Below, piece after piece: positions 17,681 through 26,520 of a stretch of DNA of 45,917 nt (position 1 is its first letter; the number at the start of each line of letters is the position of its first letter). The notes beneath the pieces are model-generated. The model searched no databases. It was not told the DNA's origin and saw only the letters and a program-made list of their open reading frames with translations. The stretch spans positions 1 through 45,917 of the forward strand of contig QQSJ01000061.1 of the NCBI GenBank assembly GCA_003602635.1, read 5' to 3'. The translations under genes and the position numbers were made by a program. Origin of the DNA: Candidatus Poseidoniales archaeon (lineage in GTDB: Archaea > Thermoplasmatota > Poseidoniia > Poseidoniales > Poseidoniaceae).

Positions 17681-19450
17681 ATGGAAGAACGAGGGCCGCT
17701 GCGGCGCCTCATGGGCCACGTCGCCCACCGCGCCGCCACCATTCGTTTGGCCGTGCTGTGTTCCATCCTCAACAAAATCTGGGACCTTGCACCGCCTTTG
17801 CTCATCGGTGTGGCCGTTGACGTGGTGGTCACGCAGGAAGACTCGTTGTTGGCGTCGTTTGGCGTGGTCGATCCATGGCATCAACTCCTGTTGCTCGCGG
17901 CCGTGACCGTGGCCATTTGGGCCCTGGAATCGATCTTCGAGTACTGGTACGGCGTCCTTTGGCGGAACCTCGCCCAAAGCGTCCAGCACGACGTACGCAT
18001 GGCGACCTTCGAACGCGTGCTGGGGCATGCGCCCTCGTGGTTCGATGAGCGGCGCAAGGGCGACCTGTTGGCGGTGCTCAACGACGACGTCAACCAGCTC
18101 GAACGCTTCCTCGACAAAGGCGCCAACGATCTGCTGCAAGTCGGCACCACCGTGATCGTGGTGGGTGCCATTTTCTTCGCCATCACGTGGGAAGTGGCGT
18201 TGCTGGCTTTCATGCCGGTGCCGCTCATCCTGTGGGGTTCCTTCCGTTACCAACGCGCGTTGGAGCCAAAATACCTCAGCGTTCGGGATGCAGCTGGTGA
18301 CCTGAACGCGCTGCTTGAGAACGACATCGGCGGCATGGCCACCATCCAGTCCTTCACCGCTGAATCCCTTGAAGCCACTCGGCTTACAGAACTCAGTGAG
18401 GCGTATCGGGCGCGGAACCGCGAAGCCATTCGCTTGTCGGCCGGCTTCGTGCCGCTGATTCGCATGGCGATCCTCGTCGGATTCACGGGCACGTTGCTGC
18501 TTGGAGGATGGTTCACGCTGGAGGGCACGCTTGAGGTCGGGGCCTACTCCGTCCTTGTGTTCATGACGCAGCGGCTCCTTTGGCCGTTGACGCGTCTGGG
18601 TGAAACCTTTGATCTGTACCAGCGCGCCATGGCTTCAACGGCGCGAATCTTGGACCTCATTGAGGCCCCTGACAGTTTGGTGGACGGTGAGGTCGACCCT
18701 CCGATGGAGGAAGCCGTGGCTTCGTCGCTGCGCTTGGAGAACGTCACCTTTGCACACCCGGGTCGGGAAACCGTCCTGGACGGAGTTGACGTGGAAATCG
18801 GTGCTCAAACCACCGTTGGCATCGTGGGGTCGACCGGGTCCGGCAAAACCACCCTCATCCGGTTGCTGATGCGGTTCATTGACCCGACCGAAGGCGCCGT
18901 CACGTGGTGTGGTCACGACCTTCGTTCATGGTCCACTGAATCGCTTCGTTCCAAAATGGCCCTCGTCGATCAGCACGTCACCCTCTTCCCGACGAGCGTG
19001 ATGGAGAACATCCGCTACGGCCGACCGGGGGCAAGCGACGACGACGTGGAGGCGGCGGCCAAAGCAGCAGAGGCTGATGCATTCATCCGATCTTTCCCCG
19101 ACGGCTACGCCACCATGGTTGGCGAAGGGGGGCACCGTTTGTCCGGTGGGCAACGGCAACGGCTGGCCCTGGCACGCGCGGTGTTGAAGGACGCCCCCGT
19201 GCTCATCCTTGACGAAGCCACCTCGGCGGTGGACAACGAAACCGAGGCTGCCATCCAGCGTTCCTTGCGCCGTGTTGCAGAAGGCCGGACCACGGTCATC
19301 ATCGCGCACCGCTTGTCGACGGTGCGCCATGCCGACAGGATCCTCGTCCTCGACGGCGGGGCGGTGGCTGAAGCCGGGTCGCACGAGGAATTGCTGGCCG
19401 AGGAAGGCCTCTATCACCGGCTCTGGTCGGTGCAAACCGGTTTGCGGTGA
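17681..19450 (+). CDS. ABC exporter, fused permease + ATPase (MsbA/Atm1-like half transporter)
   Basis: TM domain; [35 protein letters not shown]. Start 17681 (GATGAAA 22 nt upstream) or 17663. Confidence 0.93.
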   Translation: MEERGPLRRLMGHVAHRAATIRLAVLCSILNKIWDLAPPLLIGVAVDVVVTQEDSLLASFGVVDPWHQLLLLAAVTVAIWALESIFEYWYGVLWRNLAQSVQHDVRMATFERVLGHAPSWFDERRKGDLLAVLNDDVNQLERFLDKGANDLLQVGTTVIVVGAIFFAITWEVALLAFMPVPLILWGSFRYQRALEPKYLSVRDAAGDLNALLENDIGGMATIQSFTAESLEATRLTELSEAYRARNREAIRLSAGFVPLIRMAILVGFTGTLLLGGWFTLEGTLEVGAYSVLVFMTQRLLWPLTRLGETFDLYQRAMASTARILDLIEAPDSLVDGEVDPPMEEAVASSLRLENVTFAHPGRETVLDGVDVEIGAQTTVGIVGSTGSGKTTLIRLLMRFIDPTEGAVTWCGHDLRSWSTESLRSKMALVDQHVTLFPTSVMENIRYGRPGASDDDVEAAAKAAEADAFIRSFPDGYATMVGEGGHRLSGGQRQRLALARAVLKDAPVLILDEATSAVDNETEAAIQRSLRRVAEGRTTVIIAHRLSTVRHADRILVLDGGAVAEAGSHEELLAEEGLYHRLWSVQTGLR

Positions 19451-19456
19451 ATCGGA

Positions 19457-20470
19457 TCAGGCCTTCGAAAGGGCGGATTCCAGCGACCAGGGTCGAAACC
19501 GTTCGGGCCAGAGGGCGGCCAAAGGCCACCACATCAGCGTGCAGAGCAGCACAAGGAGGGTCGAAACCGTCACGCTCGGTGCATCGACCGAGCGGTGCAG
19601 GACCCACAGGAGTGGCGTGTGCGCAACGTACACCGTGAGGCTGAAGCGTCCAAGGTCGGGCAACGACGGTGCTCGGGCCAGCCATGTGCCGATGGCCCAC
19701 AACAGCAACACGCCGGTGCTTGCGGCGATCAGGAATGACCCGTTGGCGGGGAAGAAGGTGAGCAGGGCTTGACCGTCTGGACTGGTTGGCGCGGCCCAGG
19801 GGACGTTGTTCTGGGAGGCCCGGACAAGTTGGATGACACAGAAGAGGAGTCCTGCTGCCGCCGCCACCGCGCCCGGGCGGTACAGGCGTGAGCCATGAAC
19901 ACGAAGCATGACGCCCAACCACGCAAGGGCGCACCACGGCACCAACGGATAGAGGCCGGTCAGGAGCAGGTGGGAGGCGAACCCTTCGAAGCCGTTCACC
20001 GTCACGCGGCCGTCCCACGAGGACGGTCCTTGGAGCGCAGGTGAAAGCATGACGGTCAAGGGGGCCAACAACGCCACCGCCCGGGTGCACCGCTGCACGT
20101 GTTGGCTGGGATGCGTCCACGGCACGAGGGCCAAGAGCGCGAACAGGGAAAGCACACCTGGTGTGAACGGACCGTAGAGGTGTGGTGCACTGAGGTTGAC
20201 CACCAGTTGTGCACACAGAAGCAAGCCAGCCCTCCGAAACCTCGAGGTCCATGCCCGATGCTTTCCTGCGGATCCCCAACCGGCCAGCACCACAAAGAGA
20301 GGGGCTGCTAGGCCGCCCAAACCCGCCACAAGGTAGCCGATCGCCGTGGTCTGACCAAGGGACGGCGGGGGGACGGTCGCGGCCACGTGGACCATGACCA
20401 TCAGCAACACCGCAAGGCCTCGAAGCGCGTCGATGTCATCGCGGCGTGCGGTGACGGAATCCGTCGGCAG
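19457..20470 (-). CDS. DUF1624/HGSNAT-like multi-pass membrane protein (putative acyltransferase)
   Basis: IDALRGLAVLLMVMVH, AAPLFVVLAG, YPLVPW, LGRFSLTVYVAH. The conserved N-terminal motif lies upstream of the track start, implying a CTG start at 20470. Confidence 0.7.
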   Translation of the reverse strand: MPTDSVTARRDDIDALRGLAVLLMVMVHVAATVPPPSLGQTTAIGYLVAGLGGLAAPLFVVLAGWGSAGKHRAWTSRFRRAGLLLCAQLVVNLSAPHLYGPFTPGVLSLFALLALVPWTHPSQHVQRCTRAVALLAPLTVMLSPALQGPSSWDGRVTVNGFEGFASHLLLTGLYPLVPWCALAWLGVMLRVHGSRLYRPGAVAAAAGLLFCVIQLVRASQNNVPWAAPTSPDGQALLTFFPANGSFLIAASTGVLLLWAIGTWLARAPSLPDLGRFSLTVYVAHTPLLWVLHRSVDAPSVTVSTLLVLLCTLMWWPLAALWPERFRPWSLESALSKA

Positions 20471-20479
20471 AGCACCACC

Positions 20480-21355
20480 TCAGCTGGAGCGGTTTCGGAC
20501 GTGTTCAACGGCGTTGCGGAACATCTGCAGCCCCTCGCCTTCCCATTCGCCGAGGCTTCGCTCGTCCACCGGCACGCTGGCTTCCGCCTCAGGTGCCGTG
20601 TAGCGGGTGTGATCCGGATGGAGCCATTTCGCGTAAATCGCCTCTGGATGAGGCATCAGGCCGAAGACCAGCCCGGTGGCATCGCACACGCCTGCGATGT
20701 TGCGCGCGGAACCGTTTGGCGACGTGGGGTAGGGCAGGCGTTCGTCGGTCCGCCCCTCGCCTTTCGGCGTGGCGGGGTCGACGTACCGGACGACGAGTTG
20801 GTGTGCGGCGTCCATTTCGTCCAGCACGCTCTCGTCTTCGACGACGAATCGGCCCTCTCCGTGGCGCACCGGGCAATCGATGCGGGTCAGGCCTTGCGTC
20901 CACACGCACGCGCTTTCGGGATCAAATTCGAGCGTCACCCACCGGTCTTCGTAACGGCCGCTTTCGTTCATGGCGAGGGAGGCGCGTTGTTCGAAGTCGG
21001 GGGTCGTATCGCCGCCCGCGGGTGGACCCGGGAGCAGGCCCGTCTTGACCAGGACTTGGAAGCCGTTGCAGATGCCGATGACGGGCCCTCCGTTCGCCAC
21101 AAAGTCACGAAGAGGGTCACGAAGGGCGAACCGGAGTCGGTTGCCGAGCAATCGACCGCTTCCAAGATGGTCGCCAAAGGAAAAGCCACCAGGAATGGCG
21201 AGGATGTCGTAGGAGGACAACAGGTCCGGCGATTCGATGAGTCGGTTGACGTGCAAGCGGTCGGCTTCTGCTCCAACGAGCCGGAACACGGCGGCCGTTT
21301 CATGGTCGCAATTGATGCCAAACCCGAACAAGACCGCGACGCGGACGGTCTTCAT
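20480..21355 (-). CDS. purQ: Phosphoribosylformylglycinamidine synthase glutaminase subunit
   Basis: GINCDHET, PGGFSFGD, GICNGFQ, RHGEG, GLMPHPE. Confidence 0.96.
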   Translation of the reverse strand: MKTVRVAVLFGFGINCDHETAAVFRLVGAEADRLHVNRLIESPDLLSSYDILAIPGGFSFGDHLGSGRLLGNRLRFALRDPLRDFVANGGPVIGICNGFQVLVKTGLLPGPPAGGDTTPDFEQRASLAMNESGRYEDRWVTLEFDPESACVWTQGLTRIDCPVRHGEGRFVVEDESVLDEMDAAHQLVVRYVDPATPKGEGRTDERLPYPTSPNGSARNIAGVCDATGLVFGLMPHPEAIYAKWLHPDHTRYTAPEAEASVPVDERSLGEWEGEGLQMFRNAVEHVRNRSS

Positions 21356-24300
21356 CAGCGCTCACCTCCCACAGGGAGGGCCAAAGGAGCCTTCCAAGCC
21401 TCGACCATGTCGTCAACGGCGACGTCGATGAGTGCATCGAACCCGTCTTCAACGACAAGCCGGTCGCCCTTGACCACGAGGCCGATGAGGGTCAATCCGT
21501 GCTCCTCAAGGGCGTTGCACACCTCCGCTTCGTGCATCGCTTCCACACCGATCACGATGCGTCCAAGCGATTCGCCCCAAAGTTGCCCGAAGGTGTCTGC
21601 GCCGTCAAGCCCGAGGCCGTCGAGGTCGATCATGGCGCCGCGGCGGCCACCAATGCACATCTCGGCCAGCGCGACACCAAGGCCGCCTTCCGAGCAGTCG
21701 TGGGCCGTGCGGATGCGCCCGGCGGCGATCTCGCCCGACAAGGCTGCGTAGGCTTCCCGTTGCGCTTCGGGGTCGTCCATGGCTGGAACCGTTCCTCCAA
21801 TGCCTTCCGCCTCGCCGCTTTCGGTCAACATGCTCGCGACTTCCGAAGCTCCGAGTTCCTGACGGCAGCGGCCGAAGAGGTAGAGGCGCTCACCGGCGCG
21901 CTTGAGGTCGGAGGTCGCCGTCATTCGCACGTCGGGATGGTCTCCGAAGAGGGAGAACAGCATCGTCGGGGGGATGGAAATCTTGTCTGCGCCGGTGCCG
22001 TAATCGTTCTTCATCGAGTCTTTTCCTGACACGCAGGGGACGCGGTAGGCGCGGCACATGCGTTCCAGTTCTCGGTTGGCACGAACGAGTTGCGCGAGTT
22101 TGAACCGCCCGTCGGGGGTTTTCTCCGACACGATGGGGTCGGGCCAGCAGAAGTTGTCAAGGCCGGCCATTCGGTCCACGTCCACGCCGACGCACACGGC
22201 GTTTCGAACCGCCTCGTCAACGGCCGCGACGACCATGGCTCCTGCGTCGATGTCTGCATACCGCGGAACGATGCCGTTGCTGACCACAAGGCCACGGCTG
22301 GATCCGTGCACTGGAGCAATGACGGCCGCATCGGCGGGGCCGTCTCGCTCAACGCCGACGAAGGGTTTGACCGCGGTTTGAGCGATCACTTCGTGGTCGT
22401 ATTGGCGCACCCAATCCTCCTTGCTGGCCACGTTTGGTCGACCGAGAAGTCGGAGCAAGAGGGCGGTGTGGTCCACGTGTTGAGGGGGGACAAAGGCGGG
22501 ATGGGTCGGCGGAGACCAGACGCTCTCAAGGCGAAGCTGGGGTACGCCGTCGTGGAGGAATTCCAACGGCAGCAGGGCCACCACGTCCTCGCCATGGCGC
22601 ACCAAGAAGCGCCCGTCGTCGGTGAAAGTCGCCACCACCGTGGCTTCGACTTCGTGAACGGCAGCCATGGCCTCGAAGGCTTCTGCATGCTCGGGATGCA
22701 CGGCGACCGTCATCCGTTCCTGCGATTCTGAAACGAGGATTTCCCACGCTGAGAGGCCCACCTGCTTGAGGGGCGCGGCCGCGAGGTCGATTTCCACGCC
22801 ACCGGTTTGTTCCGCCATCTCGCCGATGGACGAGGAAATGCCGCCAGCGCCGTTGTCGGTGATGCTTGCGATGAGGCCCGCATCGCGTGCCTCAAGGATC
22901 ATGTCAAGCATTTTCTTTTGCGTGATTGGGTCGCCGATTTGCACGGCGCTCGAAGGCGAGTCTTCGGTCAATTCCAGGGACGAGAAGGTCGCGCCGTGGA
23001 TGCCGTCGGCCCCGATGCGCCCGCCAACCATGTAGACCAAGTCGCCGGGTTCCGCGGTCTTGGCGTGGCCGGGCCGGCCGTCTGGCAGCGTTGCAGGCAT
23101 CAGGCCGACGGTCCCGCAGTACACCAGCGGTTTGCCGATGTAACGGTCGTCGAAGACGATGGCTCCGTTGACGGTGGGGATGCCCGATTCGTTGCCGCCC
23201 ACGCGAACGCCAGCGTGAACCCCGCGGAGGACGCGGCTGGGGTGGAAGAGGTTGGACGGCAGGTCGCCCTCCCAATTTGGTGGTCCGAAACAGAACACGT
23301 CGGTGTTGGCGATCGGGCGGGCGCCAAGGCCGGTGCCCAGAATGTCTCGGTTCACGCCTACGATGCCGGTCATTGCACCGCCGTACGGGTCGAGGGCCGA
23401 CGGGGAATTGTGGGTTTCCGCCTTCATGCAGACGCTCCATTCATCGTCCCAAGCGATGACCCCCGAATTGTCGTGGAACACCGAAAGCAGCCATGGCATC
23501 TCCTCCTGCATGTCGAGGGTGGGCCTCATGATGTGGGTCTTGAACAGCGAGTCAATCTCCACATCTTCCCCGGTCTCCTCGTCGCGGTGATGGATGTGTG
23601 CGGCGAAGATCTTGTGCTTGCAGTGCTCACTCCACGTTTGCGCCAAACATTCCAATTCCACGTCTGTCGGAGCGTGTGGAGGCAGCCCGAGGGCGGTGCG
23701 TGACGCCTGCACGGCGGGGTCCCTGTAGTGGTCTCGAATGGTTTGCATCTCCTCCAGGTTGAGGGCGAGCAAGCCGTCCTCGGAAAGCCGGATGAGGGTT
23801 TCATCGTCGACTTCGAGGTCGACGGTCGCCGGCGGTTGTGCTTCCACGGCCGGGCGTTCCGGGTACCCGAGGAGGTTCCACCCGTCGGGGCCCGGCCCTG
23901 TTTGGATCAAGGCTCGCTCAATGAGCGGATTGTGGAGCGATGCTGCGATGGCGTGGCCGTCCGCATCGGCAGGAAGGCCGTAGAAGGCGAAGGTCAGGTC
24001 GGTGGACACGCCCGCCCCCTCGACCCTGGCTTCGGGGAAGAGCGTACGCAATCCGTCAAGCGCGGCGCTTCCTGCGTTGTCCGTTACACCGGGCTTGAAG
24101 CCAATCGTGATCACAAGGTCAGGGGCGTCGGGAAACTGGGTGGAGTCGCCCAACCATGCCGAGCCCAGCAGGCCCGTTTCGATGATCGGATCCACGAACA
24201 GGTCGTCGACGCGTTCGCCGAGCGTGGCGGCGTCCATCGGGCTGCGGACCACAAATCCGCAAATGGAGCGCACCCGAGCCACGTTGAGGTTCAAGTCTTG

Positions 24301-24387
24301 CAAGAGGCGCGCCTTGACCACGTTGCCGCGCACGTCAACGGCTTGGCCATCGAGCCTCGGGGTCACCTCCACGCGGACGTCGTGCAT
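21355..24387 (-). CDS. purL: Phosphoribosylformylglycinamidine synthase PurL with N-terminal PurS-like extension
   Basis: QTWSEHCKHK, KAETHNSPS, DGIHGATFSS, DNGAGG, SESQERM, QYDHEV, SGKDSM, HDCSEGG. Confidence 0.96.
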   Translation of the reverse strand: MHDVRVEVTPRLDGQAVDVRGNVVKARLLQDLNLNVARVRSICGFVVRSPMDAATLGERVDDLFVDPIIETGLLGSAWLGDSTQFPDAPDLVITIGFKPGVTDNAGSAALDGLRTLFPEARVEGAGVSTDLTFAFYGLPADADGHAIAASLHNPLIERALIQTGPGPDGWNLLGYPERPAVEAQPPATVDLEVDDETLIRLSEDGLLALNLEEMQTIRDHYRDPAVQASRTALGLPPHAPTDVELECLAQTWSEHCKHKIFAAHIHHRDEETGEDVEIDSLFKTHIMRPTLDMQEEMPWLLSVFHDNSGVIAWDDEWSVCMKAETHNSPSALDPYGGAMTGIVGVNRDILGTGLGARPIANTDVFCFGPPNWEGDLPSNLFHPSRVLRGVHAGVRVGGNESGIPTVNGAIVFDDRYIGKPLVYCGTVGLMPATLPDGRPGHAKTAEPGDLVYMVGGRIGADGIHGATFSSLELTEDSPSSAVQIGDPITQKKMLDMILEARDAGLIASITDNGAGGISSSIGEMAEQTGGVEIDLAAAPLKQVGLSAWEILVSESQERMTVAVHPEHAEAFEAMAAVHEVEATVVATFTDDGRFLVRHGEDVVALLPLEFLHDGVPQLRLESVWSPPTHPAFVPPQHVDHTALLLRLLGRPNVASKEDWVRQYDHEVIAQTAVKPFVGVERDGPADAAVIAPVHGSSRGLVVSNGIVPRYADIDAGAMVVAAVDEAVRNAVCVGVDVDRMAGLDNFCWPDPIVSEKTPDGRFKLAQLVRANRELERMCRAYRVPCVSGKDSMKNDYGTGADKISIPPTMLFSLFGDHPDVRMTATSDLKRAGERLYLFGRCRQELGASEVASMLTESGEAEGIGGTVPAMDDPEAQREAYAALSGEIAAGRIRTAHDCSEGGLGVALAEMCIGGRRGAMIDLDGLGLDGADTFGQLWGESLGRIVIGVEAMHEAEVCNALEEHGLTLIGLVVKGDRLVVEDGFDALIDVAVDDMVEAWKAPLALPVGGER

Positions 24388-24505
24388 GATGTTCCCTCGG
24401 TGCAATCCTCAGGCGCTGAGCACGCTCCTTGAACACTTTGACCGGGGGCGTGACCCGGCTGGCCCGCGACAGGCGTTCAAAGATGGAGGAGAGGTGCCGT
24501 GAATC

Positions 24506-24772
24506 ATGCATCCAAAGCGTCCCGAAGACGGTGGTATCGTTTGCCCGCATTGCCTCCACGTCATGACCGGTCGGGAAGCCGAGCCTCGCGGAAAACGAGA
24601 GGTGGTCCCTGAGCACACCACCGATTGGCCGCGGTGGACCTTGGCCAGCATCCGAAACCCCACAGACCCGCTCAACAAAGGTGCGGATGCCATCAAACAA
24701 GTCTGGTGTGGTGCATGCGAAGGTTTGCTGTACACCGCCTTTGTTCCGTGGCAACCAAAGCGAACGCACTGA
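24506..24772 (+). CDS. Small CxxC...CxxC (Zn-ribbon-like) protein
   Basis: CPHC and CGAC; GTTCAAA 24 nt upstream; divergent from purL. Confidence 0.6.
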   Translation: MHPKRPEDGGIVCPHCLHVMTGREAEPRGKREVVPEHTTDWPRWTLASIRNPTDPLNKGADAIKQVWCGACEGLLYTAFVPWQPKRTH

Positions 24773-25846
24773 TCAATGGGCGTGGCCGATGCCCAACACC
24801 TCGGCCACCAGAAGGAGCACGACCATGCCGCCGACGCCAGCCAGCACCAACAGCAAGTCGGTGGAGCCGGTTTCGGAATCATGAACGTCAGGAAGGGTGT
24901 CCAATGCAGCGACGCTAAGCAAGGTCCCTCCAGCAAAGAGCATGGCCAGACCAATCCATCCGCTGGGAAGGCCAGAAAGCAGGAAGTAGGCCAAGACGAT
25001 CATCAGAGGTGTTGATGCTGCAAAAATACCGACGTCCATGAACACTTTCCGCTCGTCGGTATGGTCGTTGAGACTGAACACGCCCAAGGTGAAGGCCTCG
25101 GGGAACTTGTGGATGACCACGGCGAACACAATCAGCAAACCGGCCGCCAAATCTCCGGTCGCTGTCGCAGCACCGATGGCCAGTCCGTCCGTGGCCGCGT
25201 GAATCGTAATTCCGATCACGGCAGACCTGTTCGAACCTGTTCCGTGTGCATGGCCGTGGCCGTGATGCGCATGTCCCGGACCGAAGGTCTGGAAGAGGAG
25301 CATGGACAAGAATCCGAGCGCGAGCGCGCCGCCCATCACCACGGCGCTCAATTCGTTGTCCTCGTCATCGTGGTGATGGTGATCAACGTCGTCCAACAAC
25401 ATACGAATGTCGTTGATCGCCGTGGTCGCGTTCACGCGTCCGCCGTCGTATTGGGCGATGATGTGTTTGAGGCGGTCCTCGAAGGTGGCCTCTTCACCGT
25501 GCTCATGGTCGCTGTGGTCCCCGTGGCCATCCCCGTGGACGACGGAACGTATCTCGCTCATCGCCGTTCCTGACGTGATGGCTCCGTCGTTGTATTCGAG
25601 CATGACCAACGCCACTGGGCCGGCGAGGTCATCTCCGCTTCCGTGGGCATGTCCGCCGCTTGCGGTGTGGAAGCCTTCGGGGATGACGACAAGCAAGGCT
25701 GAAGCGAGCAACAGGCCGGCCGCTACCGCAGTCGCGGCACGGAGGCGGGGTTGGTGACTGGCCAGGTTCAGCGAACTTGGAAGGAGTGCGCCGAGAAGGC
25801 CGACAATGAGCGTGAGCACTGCAAACAGCAGCGCCACGCCAAACAT
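24773..25846 (-). CDS. ZIP-family metal transporter with large His-rich insertion
   Basis: AAGLLLASALLVVIPEG, GITIHAATDGLAIG, VIHKFPEAF, FAGGTLLSVAALDTLP; several His clusters. Confidence 0.9.
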   Translation of the reverse strand: MFGVALLFAVLTLIVGLLGALLPSSLNLASHQPRLRAATAVAAGLLLASALLVVIPEGFHTASGGHAHGSGDDLAGPVALVMLEYNDGAITSGTAMSEIRSVVHGDGHGDHSDHEHGEEATFEDRLKHIIAQYDGGRVNATTAINDIRMLLDDVDHHHHDDEDNELSAVVMGGALALGFLSMLLFQTFGPGHAHHGHGHAHGTGSNRSAVIGITIHAATDGLAIGAATATGDLAAGLLIVFAVVIHKFPEAFTLGVFSLNDHTDERKVFMDVGIFAASTPLMIVLAYFLLSGLPSGWIGLAMLFAGGTLLSVAALDTLPDVHDSETGSTDLLLVLAGVGGMVVLLLVAEVLGIGHAH

Positions 25847-25865
25847 GATGCGTGCGCTGTAATTA

Positions 25866-25890
25866 TGTTTAAGTGAGTTATTATTAAACA
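25866..25890. promoter_or_regulatory. Palindrome TGTTTAA-N11-TTAAACA overlapping the ZIP TATA box; candidate NikR-like operator
   Basis: Perfect 7-bp arms at 25866-25872 and 25884-25890 in a strongly AT-rich patch; CTTAAAC box about 20 nt upstream of the ZIP start. Confidence 0.6.
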
Positions 25891-25914
25891 ACGGCGCTTC
25901 AACGGCCGCCGCAT

Positions 25915-25938
25915 GTTGCTCATCTAATCAGGAGCAAC
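25915..25938. promoter_or_regulatory. Second palindrome GTTGCTC-N10-GAGCAAC in the ZIP/nikR intergenic region
   Basis: Perfect 7-bp inverted arms at 25915-25921 and 25932-25938. Confidence 0.4.
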
Positions 25939-26026
25939 GTTCGTGGCGCTTCTATGCGCCGGTTTTGCTTCTCGGTTCTTCGCTGTTCGGACATTCGCCT
26001 ATTAATCAGAACCGTTACGGCCCGTT

Positions 26027-26446
26027 ATGGCGAGGGTCCTCTCCTTCAGCGTCGACGACGATTTGGACATGGAAGGATTGGTCCTGAAAGCGGGCTACAG
26101 GAACCGTAGTCGCTTCTTGAGGGACGCCGCCACGCACTACGCTGAGGTTTTGTCGAGCGGGGATCTTGTTGATCGCCCGGCAGAAGAATCGGTGGAGGGG
26201 ACGCTTGTGTTGTATTACCAGCACACCGTCGCGGAAAAGCTCCCTGATTTCCGACACCACACGAACATCAGCCTCATCTCCTCCACGCACGCCTGCATGA
26301 CGGACAGCCATACCTGTGTGGACACGCTCCATTTGTCTGGGGAGGTTGGCACCATTCGTGATGCTGTGGAAGGGCTGCGCCGCCTGGAGGGCGTGGACCG
26401 TGTGGCCTTCGTGACCGCGCCCGCCCGCGAGGACGGGTGTTGCTGA
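26027..26446 (+). CDS. NikR-family (RHH + ACT-like) metal-responsive regulator with a variant metal site
   Basis: VLSFSVDDDL...GYRNRSRFLRDA (RHH); GTLVLYYQH...FRHH...STHAC...TCVDTLHLSG; C-terminal CC. Confidence 0.82.
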   Translation: MARVLSFSVDDDLDMEGLVLKAGYRNRSRFLRDAATHYAEVLSSGDLVDRPAEESVEGTLVLYYQHTVAEKLPDFRHHTNISLISSTHACMTDSHTCVDTLHLSGEVGTIRDAVEGLRRLEGVDRVAFVTAPAREDGCC

Positions 26447-26520
26447 ACCCTCCTCTCGGCGCTTTCGGGCGCCCTTGGACTCGGCCCGGGGCGTATTGCA
26501 CGGCCGTTGGCGGGGCGCGC

